Shown here piece by piece: positions 53,234 through 64,000 of a stretch of 64,000 nt of DNA (positions are counted from its first letter, which is position 1; each line of letters starts with the position of its first letter). The position numbers and the translations under genes are program-made. Where the stretch lies: positions 41,726,001 through 41,790,000 of the forward strand of contig OZ024755.1 of the NCBI GenBank assembly GCA_964016885.1, given 5' to 3'. Source of the stretch: Eledone cirrhosa (lineage: Eukaryota). Below the pieces are notes generated by a model. That model was not told the origin of the DNA. It ran no database searches and saw only the letters and a program-made list of their open reading frames with translations.

Positions 53234-54472
53234 AACCTGAGTATATTTTAGTGAGAGAGAATTGCGTAATTTTGAGAGAAGAGGCGAAGAAATAAATATA
53301 GCGTGGATGAATACCGTAAGATGGATAAATCAATAATAACAACTAATAACAGATACTAATAAAGATGGATAAACCAATAATAAAGTTAAGTTGGAGAATT
53401 TATCTAATGTTTAATTAATAATTTTGATTAAATGTTTGATTAATAATTTATCAATTCAATCCGTAGTTTAAATGTTTAAATGTGTATGTTATATTATTAA
53501 AGTTGAGACCTATATAGTATTATTAGAGAATATATATTATTAAAAAATTATATTATTATTAAAGAATATATATTATTAAAAACAGTATATTTAAATTAAG
53601 CCGTTGGAATAGGGAAACAAGAGAAAAGAAAGAGAAAACGAAAGAAAGAAAGAGAAAAACCTGAGTATATTTTAATGAGAGAAAATAGCGTAATTTTGAG
53701 GGAAGAGGCGAAGAAATAAATATAGCGTGGATGAATACTAATAACAACCAATAACAGATACTAATAAAGATGGATAAAGCTAAGTTGAAGAATTTATCTA
53801 ATGTTTAATTAATAAATTTGATTAAATGTTTAATTAATAATTTATCAATTCAATCCGTAGTTTAAATGTTTAAATGTGTATGTTATATTATTAAAGTTGA
53901 GACCTATATAGTATTATTAAAGAATATATATTATTAAAAAATATGTTATTATTACAAAACCAAATATAATTTTATTATTATTAATTAATTAATTATTTTA
54001 AAAAATGTTTAAGTTTAAAATATTCAAATATTTCTAAGCTCATGGAATTTCTGAGAGTTTACCGAAGAACAATCCCTTATTTGTAATAGCAGTAGAGCGT
54101 AAAGGAAATTGCTAGCGATTTAATAATAATTAAGATAGCTCTAAGGAGTAAATGTTATAAAGTTAAATGTTATAAAGTTAAGATGTTAAAAAATTTTAAT
54201 TATCCATCTTAATAGTGTAATTAGAGCATGAATTTTATGTTATTTTATATCAAGTTATAAATTCATAACTCCAACCTGTTATACAGTTATGACTGTTAAA
54301 AACATAAATTTTTTTCTATAACGTGTTAACATTTAAAAATTCATTTATTGGAATATATCCAAAGCATAAACCATAAAAAAATCTTTCACAAGAGTACATC
54401 TGTAGAATATATTTAAAGTATAAATTTCATATATATATAAACACTTCGATATATACATACACACACATACAC

Positions 54473-54544
<72 letters not shown>

Positions 54545-54784
54545 AGCATTTGAAAAATATATACACAATATATTCAATATAAAATATGAAATATTAATTA
54601 TAATTTAAATTATGAATTATGAATTCTTCGTACCCATCATAGGAACTTTCAGAAAAAACCTCTCTTCAAATCTTTCAGTACGCTTATCAAGAAAAGTTCT
54701 TCAAGAAAAAAATCCTTTCAAGATAGTTATAAGTAATCATATGAAGGAATCCAATGAATTATCGATAGGTTTAATAAAGATGAG

Positions 54785-55421
54785 TTATGTATTACAATTT
54801 ATATATATATTTAAACGTTGAATCAATCTATGTTTGCAAGAACTGAAAAGATTGCTTCTTAAATTAACAGAATTTTTACTTTTTAATATAAAGAATATTT
54901 CCTCTATACAAAGAGCGCAATTTTCAGAAGAAGCATTGAATGGAGGAGCTTTAGAGATAATATTCCAAAGTAAAGAATAGTTAGTGTTCTTTGATTTTAG
55001 GTCCCATAGTAAATTAGATAGAGAAGTTGAAGATTTTTTATTTATATTCGTAAAAGAGCATTTATGGTTATTAAAACGCGCCTTAAAATCTGTGGAGGTA
55101 GATCCTACATAATTAAATGAATTTAAATTAGTTTTTACATTACAATTATATACTATATTTTTAACTAAGCAATTGTTATTTAACGGACAGTTAGATTTAT
55201 TTCTACAGTTACATTTATCAAAATTTGAGTTTCTATGTGCCGTATTATTCAGTTGGATATTGCTGGGGTTATTAATGGTATTCTGGTTAGGTTTTAAGTT
55301 TCTATTATTAATTCTATTAATATTCTGCGCTAATTTACTGGTGGTTGAATAAGTTAATTTTATAGTATGTCTATTAAATATTGAGTAATACCTATGTGTT
55401 CTAGGGAAGCATTTATCAATT
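54785..55421 (-). pseudogene. Open, startless GIY-YIG reading frame (Hydra-like), absent from the ORF track
   Basis: Manual translation ...CNCRNKSNCPLNNNCLVKNIVYNC...YVGSTSTDFKARFNNH...CALCIEE...NLRSNLFSSCKH; TAA at 54785-54787. Confidence 0.85.
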
Positions 55422-55595
55422 TTTCCCTATTCCAACGGCTTAATTTAAATATACTGTTTTAAACTTTTCCAACACTAATTTGCATAATAAACCAACAATA
55501 AATCTAATAACTCCACTATCCAGGAGATTCCAACCAGAATGATTGCATTTTTTAAGGGTATGTCAATATTTATTTATAAAACTAACCTATATTAT

Positions 55596-55659
55596 ATTTT
55601 ATCTGATGAAAGCGCACCATAATTTGCTCTGGTGGCCCTTGAAATATGTATAATGAAAT
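55596..55659 (+). ncRNA. Type I hammerhead ribozyme (minimal)
   Basis: ATTTTAT-CTGATGA-AAGcgCACCA..TGGTGgccCTT-GAAA-TATGTA-TA-ATGAAAT. Confidence 0.8.
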
Positions 55660-55698
55660 AAATATGGTTTTATAAATATAGTTTCCATTTGTTAATAT

Positions 55699-55790
<92 letters not shown>

Positions 55791-55793
<3 letters not shown>

Positions 55794-55923
55794 TTATTAA
55801 AATAACAGATTAAAGTTTAAGCAAAGAATCGCTGCTTTCACCCTCTGAAAGTTTCAGAATATCCCGTTAAGGGTGAAAGCACCGATTCTTTGCTTAAACT
55901 TTAATCTGTTATTTTAATAAATA
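55791..55923. repeat. Fold-back inverted repeat
   Basis: Arms 55791-55844 and 55870-55923; its ends recur, joined, at 12265-12315. Confidence 0.85.
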
Positions 55924-56009
55924 TTTGCTCTACGGTTCTTATATATTTGATATTTATTTATCCTTATCGAGCCCTCTTTGGATTTTAGTCTTCAAATTTA
56001 TTATTATTA

Positions 56010-56065
<56 letters not shown>

Positions 56066-56090
56066 CAAACTTGACTGTCACCACTGAATA

Positions 56091-56129
56091 TGAACCTGAA
56101 GATTGCGAAAGCATGAAAGTACTTGTTCA
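56091..56129 (+). ncRNA. Minimal type I hammerhead in solo pLTR 56063-56272
   Basis: TGAAC-CTGAAGA-tTGCgaaaGCAt-GAAA-GTAC-TT-GTTCA (GNRA-capped stem II). Confidence 0.8.
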
Positions 56130-56291
56130 ATTAACATTTAATATTCTACCATACTATTACATTATAATACCATTATAATTTTAAAGGATTGTAAATAAAA
56201 CGAGTAAATCAGACAAAGTTAGAATTCCTTTTATTAATATAATCTTCTATACACAATCATACACACCCGTGTATATTTATTTACATATATA

Positions 56292-57460
56292 TCTCTACTC
56301 TTTTACTCTTTTACCTATTCCAGCCATCCGGCTGAGGCCATGCCGGGGCACCGGCCTTGTTGCTACACATTTTATCTCCAGTCTGTATTGGTTGGCCACT
56401 GGTGTAAGAGGGAGTTCGTTGCTGCTGCCCTTAGCTTTCCCTCGTGCCTTGCTGTGGGCTCATCCGGGATCCTGGATAGCAAGGTATCGAGATGTTTCTT
56501 GAAGACATCCACCTCCACACCATGCAGATCTCTCAGATCCCTCGGCAGCTTGTTGAAGAGTTGAGGGCCCTTGAATCCCAGGCTATTGCAATATCTGCTC
56601 CTTATTCTTTGGCACCACACAGTGACGTCCTGTTCGACGGTTGGTCCAGCTCCCAATGCCAAAGTTTGGTGCTAGTCCATCCAGGATTTTCCACATGTAG
56701 ATCACTGCATATCTCTCCCGTCTTCGTTCCATGGAGTAGAGGTTCAGTTCTTTTAGCCTCTCCCAGTAGCTTCTCTCCTTCATCGTGGCAATCATCTTGG
56801 TGTAGCTTCGCTGGATTGCCTCAAGCTCCGTGGTTAGTTTGACACTATGGGGTGACCACAACTGGGAGTAATAGTCCAGGCGGCTTAGGACAAATATCCT
56901 TCATAGTGTCAACATGGTGTCTCGGTCTCTTGTCCAGAAAGTCCTCAAGATCCAGCCTGCGAGTCGTCTGCACATTGTCGCCACTTTCATGATGTGTGAG
57001 GAAAAAGATGCATCATCGCTCATGTCTATACCCAGGTCTCGTATCGATTTTGACACGGGGATAACGGTCCCTCCTGGTCCTGCGTAACTGTGTTGTACTG
57101 TATTTGTGTTTGCAGGTTTGTATTGTAAGGCTTGCAATTTGCCAGCATTAAATTGCATGTTGTTTTCTTCCGCCCATTTGTATATGGCATCCAGATCTTG
57201 TTGTAAAAGGGCAGCGTCAGCCGGGGTTTTGATTGCCTGTGCTACCTTAGTGTCATCAGCATAGCTAGTTGTATGTACTACAGAGAGCATGTCTGAGAGA
57301 TCCACCAAAAACAGTAGTGATCCCAGGACAGTCCCTTGGGGCACCCCACTTGTTATTGATGTTTCCTTTGAGAGGGCCACGTTTGCTGCGACGGATTGGC
57401 TTCTGTCCTTTAGGAAGTCATGCAGCCACTCACCGACTTTTTCAGTTATGCCGAGTCCGT
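56292..57460 (-). pseudogene. CR1-like LINE 3' part (reverse transcriptase)
   Basis: SGVPQGTVLG, YADDTK, LQQDLD, WSPH, SYWERLKELNLYSMERRR; (GTAAAAGA) tail. Confidence 0.9.
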
Positions 57461-57659
57461 GTCGATAGTTTGGAAGAAACGATTGTCAGCAATAAAATGA
57501 TTTGAACATAGCTTTGATTATTGTGTAATTTATATTCCTGCTCTGTAAAACATCTCATGTATTTACATTGAGCTATTTTTTCTTACTGATAATAAGGCAG
57601 TAATAAATTACTGACCTTTCCTGTTTATAGTTGTATATAGTGTATACATAACTATAAAT

Positions 57660-57968
57660 AATTATTTCTACTTTTGGCACAAGGCCAGCAATTACTGGTA
57701 CTTTATTTTATCGACCCCGTAAGGATGAAAGGCAAAGTTAACCTCGGCTGGATTTGAACTCAGACCATAAAGGGCCGTAACTCTTTGCTGCAAAGCATGG
57801 CGTTCGACCCTCTACCGATACTGCCAATCCACCGCCCTACATAACTATAAATAATTGTTTCTACTTTAGGCACAAGGCCAGCAATTACCCAGTGCATTAC
57901 TGGTACTTTATTTTATCGACCCCGTAAGGATGAAAGGCAAAGTCAACCTCGGCAGGATTTGAACTCAA
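57660..57968 (-). mobile_element. Two tandem SINEs (one full, one 5'-truncated)
   Basis: Separated and flanked by CATAACTATAAATAAT repeats at 57647, 57840 and 57989. Confidence 0.85.
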
Positions 57969-58056
57969 CTATAATGAACTCAACTATGCATAACTATAAA
58001 TAATATTATTATTAACTGCTCCATACTGTTGAGCTAACATACATTAAATTACCAGT

Positions 58057-60390
58057 ATGCTAATCAAAGATTATCTTCCTATGTCTGCTAAGAAAATACC
58101 TATACCATCCAGAAATACATACGAAAAATTATTGATTAATAGTGTCAACTCTTTTATCAATAGAGTGAGAAGGAGGACATTCCATTACGATAGAAACCAA
58201 TCAGACAAAAACAGAAATGCAAACAATTTTGACTCTTATGGCTTTAAAACTTTTAAAAGCCCTCCGCACATTACCTTATTAAACTCTTTCGAAAATGATC
58301 TAATAAAACTAGTTAAGAACATAAAGTACAGAAAACATCCTAATAGAAACAATACCTTCTTAAACAACCTTAACTCCACTATTAAAGGATTTAATAAAAA
58401 AAAAAAAATTCTAGTACGTGTTGATAAAACTAATAATATATATAGCTTAGATTATGACACGTACATATAGAAAATTTATATATAAATAACTACATAGGAG
58501 CTATAAGAAAATCACTATTAAAAACCTAGAGGATATAAATATAGAAGGCCATAGTATAGTATGTAAATTAGAACTTCAGAGACATACACAGCCATACGCC
58601 CCTAAACCCCCAAGATTCCCTCTGAAAGACCTTAAGGAAGATTTTAATAGTAACCCTTCTATAAGACTAATTTGCCCCTCCAAATCTGACATTGGAATTA
58701 TCAGCAAGAAAATATTAGATAAAATCATCCCTCAATTTAAGCATAAAATATATCTTAACCAGTGGGCAAATACTGGTGAAATTATTGAATGGTTCAATGA
58801 TATTAAAGAGAATAAAAATAAAAAAATTATACAATTTGATATTAATTCATACTACACCTCTATTTCACCTATCATATTAAATAAGGCATTAATTATGGCC
58901 ATGAACAATAGTGACCTTACTAGATCCCAAATTGATGTCATCGTTGCGGCCCGAAAAACCATAATTACTTTTGAAGATCAATTATGGACCCGCAAGGATA
59001 CACATAACAACTTTGACATAACTATGGGATCTAGTGACTCGGCGCAGGTCACCGATTTGGTCGGCCTATATCTCTTAAATGGTTCTTATGAATTTTCATA
59101 AGAACCTACCCTACCTCAATGGTGGTTTATACCGCTATGATGTACTACTTCTTATTGACTATAAAAAATTTAATATAGAAAGAACCAGGAAACAATTATA
59201 TAACATTTTCAAAAACTAGAACTTAGGTATCACCTTAGAAAAAAACACTAAAAACGTTAACTTCCTTGATGTTACCCTTTACCTGGACTCTACACTATAC
59301 ACACCCTTTCATAAACCAAACGAAAAACTACTTTACGTAGATATCAACTCAAACCACCCTAAATCTATATTAAACTCAATTACTAAAGGAATATCAAATA
59401 GAATCTCGAATCTATCATATAACGAAACCATATTTAACAATAATTCCCAATACTATAATGAGGCCTTAGCTAAATCAGGACATAAGAATGAGATTAAATT
59501 TCTACCTATAAAATCAAATAGTTACAACATTATTTCTCACAATATGGTTATGAGGAAAAATAATAAAAGTACTAGTCACTCTAACTCTAATACAAAGGGT
59601 AATACCAAACTTAACTCGCACCAGAATAAACACCACAATAATAATATAAACAGAAATATAAACAATACTTAAAATAAAATTACAAAAAAACAAAAATAGA
59701 AGAACTAATACATTCTTCAATTCCTCTTTCAATCTAAACGACTCTACCAACTTGCCTAAGGCTTTCTTCTCAATCCTAGAAAAAAACTTCCCAGCCGGCC
59801 ACAAATGCCTTAATCTTATCAATAAAAATACCATTAAAATCTCTTACTCTACCACACCTAACATCGCACTATTGAAATTAATAACAATGGGATCGACAAC
59901 CATCATTACCCTAATGCTATCCCTAACAACCAGGCATCTACACAACATAGTAACCGACAAGCAAACAAACAGAATAACTGTAACTGTAGAACAAATAGAA
60001 CTTGCCCCTTAGGTAAAAATTGCTTAATCAAAGACATCATTTACTCATGCACGGTCAACACAAACAACTCTTCTAAAACATTTAAAAGTTCAACTTCAAC
60101 CTGCTTCAAGACGAGATATAACTCGCATCTCCACACTTTCAAAAATCACAATCTAGCCAACTCCACTTCTTTAACTAGCCACATACACTCTCTGAAAACT
60201 AGAAATAAACCATATACACTTCAATGGGAGATAGTAGATAGGGCCTCACCGTATAAACCATCAAATAAATTATGTAATCTCTGTCTTCTAGAGAACCGAA
60301 CAATATTCTATTCTAAGCTAGACCTCCTAAATAGAAAATCAGAGATGTTTTCAATGTGCCAGCACTACCACAGACACCACAGCTCTATTA
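58057..60390 (+). pseudogene. Near full-length decayed Hydra-like PLE ORF (RT plus GIY-YIG)
   Basis: IPIPS, YGFKT, VDKTNNIY, QFDINSYY, FDITMGSSDSAQVTDLVGLYLL, GLYRYD (mutated YRDD), NFLDVTL, SNHP, CNCRTNRTCPL, CNLCLLE, LNRKSE..CQH; stops and frameshifts. Confidence 0.88.
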
Positions 60391-60745
60391 ATAATGGTTT
60401 CTGTTAAAGACACAAGGCCAACAATTTGGAAGGAAGGGAAAGCCAATTACATTGACTCCAGTGCATTACTGGTACTTTATGTTATCGTCTACAAAAGGAT
60501 GACAGGCCAAGCTAACCTCGACAGGATATGAACTTAAAATGGCTATATGAATAATTGTTTGTACTTTTGGCACAAAGCCAGCAATTATCCCAGTGTATTA
60601 CTGATACTTTATTTTATCGACCCCATAAGGATGAAAGGCAAAGTTAATCTCGGCGGAATGTGAACTCAGATCATAAAGGGCCGTAACACTTTGCTGCAAA
60701 GCATGGTGTCCAACCCTCTAGCGATACTGCCAATCCACCGCCCTA
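60390..60745 (-). mobile_element. Two tandem SINEs
   Basis: Same core and tail; TGGCT(A/C)TATGAATAAT duplicated around the second copy. Confidence 0.82.
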
Positions 60746-60888
60746 GTGGCTCTATGAATAATAACTGATAGTCTTCAAACTTTGAGACCACTATCTTCTG
60801 GCACACCCCTCGTTCTTGATTATCATAGCAAAGAACCTGACCACTATGACACTAGTAGGAACGTTTGGATTCTGAAACGTTCGACACG

Positions 60889-63800
60889 TTAATACAGACA
60901 TGGAGTTAGGGAGGTACTGTTACCACATTAGTACAGACATGGAGTTAGGGAGGTACTGTTACCACATTAGTACAGACATGGAGTTAGGGAAGTACTGTTA
61001 CCACATTAGTACAGACATGGAGTTAGGGAGGTACTGTTCCTACATTAGTACAGACAGGGAGTTAGGGAGGTACTGTTACCACATTAGTACAGACAGGGAG
61101 TTAGGGAGGTACTGTTACTACATTAGTACAGACAGGGAGTTAGGGAGGTACTGTTACCACATTAGTACAGACATGGAGTTAGGGAGGTACTGTTCCTACA
61201 TTAGTACAGACATGGAGTTAGGGAGGTACTGTTACAACATTAGTACAGACATGGAGTTAGGGAAGTACTGTTCCTACATTAGTACAGACATGGAGTTAGG
61301 GAGGTACTGTTACCACATTAGTACAGACATGGAGTTAGGGAGGTACTGTTACCCCATTAGTAAAGACATGGAGTTAGGGAGGTACTCTTACCACATTAGT
61401 ACAAACAGGGAGTTAGGGAGGTACTGTTACTACATTAGTACAGACAGGGAGTTAGGGAGGTACTGTTACCACATTAGTACATACATGGAGTTAGGGAGGT
61501 ACTATTACCACATTAGTACAGACATGGAGTTAGGGAGGTACTGTTACTACATTAATACAGACATGGAGTTAGGGAGGTACTGTTACCACATTAGTACAGA
61601 CATGGAGTTAGGGAGGTACTGTTACTACATTAATACAGACATGGAGTTAGGGAGGTACTGTTACCACATTAGTACAGACATGGAGTTAGGGAGGTACTGT
61701 TCCTACATTAGTACAGACATGGAGTTAGGGAGGTACTGTTACCACATTAGTACAGACATGGAGTTAGGAAGGTACTGTTACCACATTAGTACAGACATGG
61801 AGTTAGGAGGTACTGTTACCACATTAGTAGAGACATGGAGTTAGGGAGGTACTGTTACCACATTACTACAGACGTAGAGTTAGGGAGGTACTGTTACCAC
61901 GTTAGTACAGACATGGAGTTAGGGAGGTACTGTTACCACATTAGTAGAGACATGGAGTTAGGGAGGTACTGTTACCACATTAGTACAGACAGGGATTTAG
62001 GGAGGTACTGTTACCACATTAGTACAGACATGGTGTTAGGGAGGTACTGTTACCACATTAGTACAGACAGGGAGTTAGGGAGGTACTGTTACCACATTAG
62101 TACAGACATGGAGTTAGGGATGTACTGTTCCTACATTAGTACAGACATGGAGTTAGGAGGTACTGTTACCACATTAGTACAGACATGGAGTTAGGGAGGT
62201 ACTGTTACCACATTACTACAGACATAGAGTTAGGGAGGTACTGTTACCACGTTAGTACAGACATGGAGTTAGTGAGGTACTGTTACCACATTAGTACAGA
62301 CATGGATTTAGGGAGGTACTGTTCCTACATTAGTACAGACATGGAGTTAGGAGGTAATGTTACCACATTAGTAGAGACATGGAGTTAGGGAGGTACTGTT
62401 CCTACATTAGTACAGACATGGAGTTAGGGATGTACTGTTACCACATGAGTACAGACATGGAGTTAGGGAGGTACTGTTACCACATTAGTACAGACAGGGA
62501 TTTAGGGAACTGTTACCACATTAGTACAGACAGGGAGTTAGGGAGGTACTGTTACCACATTAGTACAGACATGGAGTTAGGGAGGTACTGATACCACATT
62601 AGTACAGACAGGGAGTTAGGGAGGTACTGATACCACATTAGTACAGACAGGGTGTTAGGGAGGTACTGTTACCACATTAGTACAGACATGGAGTTAGGGA
62701 GATACTGTTACCACATTAGTACAGACATGGAGTTAGGGAGGTACTGTTCCTACATTAGTACAGACATGTGGTTAGGGAGGTACTGTTACCACATTAGTAC
62801 AGACATGGAGTTAGGGAGATACTGTTACCACATTAGTACAGACATGGAGTTAGGGAGGTACTGTTACTACATTAGTACAGACATGTGGTTAGGGAGGTAC
62901 TGTTACCACATTAGTACAGACATGGAGTTAGGGAGATACTGTTACCACATTAGTACAGACATGTGGTTAGGGAGGTACTGTTACCACATTAGTACAGACA
63001 TGGAGTTAGGGAGGTACTGTTACCACATTAGTACAGACATGGAGTTAGGGAGGTACTGTTCCTACATTAGTACAGACATGGAGTTAGGGAGGTACTGTTC
63101 CTACATTAGTACAGACATGGAGTTAGGGAGGTACTGTTACCACATTAGTACAGACATGGGGTTAGGAAGGTACTGTTACCACATTAGTACAGACATGGAG
63201 TTAGGGATGTACTGTTCCTACATTAGTACAGACATGGAGTTAGGAGGTACTGTTACCACATTAGTAGAGACATGGAGTTAGGGAGGTACTGTTACCACAT
63301 TACTACAGACGTAGAGTTAGGGAGGTACTGTTACCACGTTAGTACAGACATGGAGTTAGTGAGGTACTGTTACCACATTAGTACAGACATGGATTTAGGG
63401 AGGTACTGTTCCTACATTAGTACAGACATGGAGTTAGGAGGTACTGTTACCACATTAGTAGAGACATGGAGTTAGGGAGGTACTGTTCCTACATTAGTAC
63501 AGACATGGAGTTAGGGAGGTACTGTTACCACATTAGTACAGACATGGAGTTAGGGAGGTACTGTTCCTATATTAGTACAGACATGGAGTTAGGGAGGTAC
63601 TGTTACTACATTAGTACAGACAGGGAGTTAGGGAGGTACTGTTACCACATTAGTACAGACATGGAGTTAGGGAGGTACTGTTCCTATATTAGTACAGACA
63701 TGGAGTTAGGGAGGTAGTGTTACCACATTAGTACAGACATGGAGTTAGGGAGGTACTGTTACCACATTAGTACAGACATGGAGTTAGGGAGGTACTGTTA

Positions 63801-64000
63801 CCCCATTAGTACAGACATGTAGTTAGGGAGGTACTGTTACCACATTAGTACAGACAGGGAGTTAGGGAGGTACTGTTACTACATTAGTACAGACAGGGAG
63901 TTAGGGAGGTAATGTTACCACATTAGTACAGACATGGAGTTAGGGAGGTACTGTTCATACATTAGTACAGACATGGAGTTAGGGAGGTACTGTTACAACG
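60889..64000. repeat. 39-bp satellite, ~80 copies, running off the window
   Basis: Unit TTAGTACAGACATGGAGTTAGGGAGGTACTGTTACCACA. Confidence 0.98.

Larger units (their letters stand above)
52778..55706 (-). mobile_element. 5'-truncated Hydra-like PLE with inverted pseudo-LTRs
   Basis: Arms ~52868-53150 and ~55421-55706; internal direct duplication starting at 53113 and 53578; (TA)n on both sides. Confidence 0.88.

Noticed and set aside
58057-60390. Programmed recoding or selenocysteine in the PLE ORF
   Set aside because: The breaks I could read are frameshifts and TAA/TAG stops, and the catalytic YRDD is mutated, consistent with decay.
60833-60885. CTGACCA...GAAACGTT downstream of the PLE ORF
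   Set aside because: G8 is missing and no consistent three-stem fold forms.
60900-63717. MELGRYCYHISTD repeat protein
   Set aside because: Translation of a 39-bp satellite, broken by random indels and stops.

Overview
Gene-free, repeat-saturated animal genomic DNA. It is very likely octopus/cephalopod, inferred from the tRNA-head SINE with a Nin-type core and the extreme (TA)n/(TG)n load. No host gene, rRNA, tRNA or CRISPR array is supported. The window holds: (i) tandem arrays with 23, 26, 46, 48, 29, 28 and 39 bp units; (ii) decayed LINEs (RTE, CR1-like, L1/Tx1-like, R4-like, CRE-like), SINEs, a hAT MITE and a Helitron-like element; (iii) Penelope-like elements (PLEs) with GIY-YIG ORFs resembling the Hydra, Neptune and Nematis types. 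The main hidden signal, found by eye, is about 17 type I hammerhead ribozyme motifs with intact cores, plus several mutated or half copies, from roughly eight sequence families. They lie in PLE pseudo-LTRs and in short non-coding fold-back elements inserted in (TA)n; one sits at the apex of a ~450-bp hairpin. A second highlight is a 3.5-kb satellite made of the amplified Pol III A-box of the SINE that terminates it, with a 25-mer higher-order repeat. All motifs, translations and coordinates were read manually, so edges may be off by a few bases and clade assignments are by motif resemblance only.
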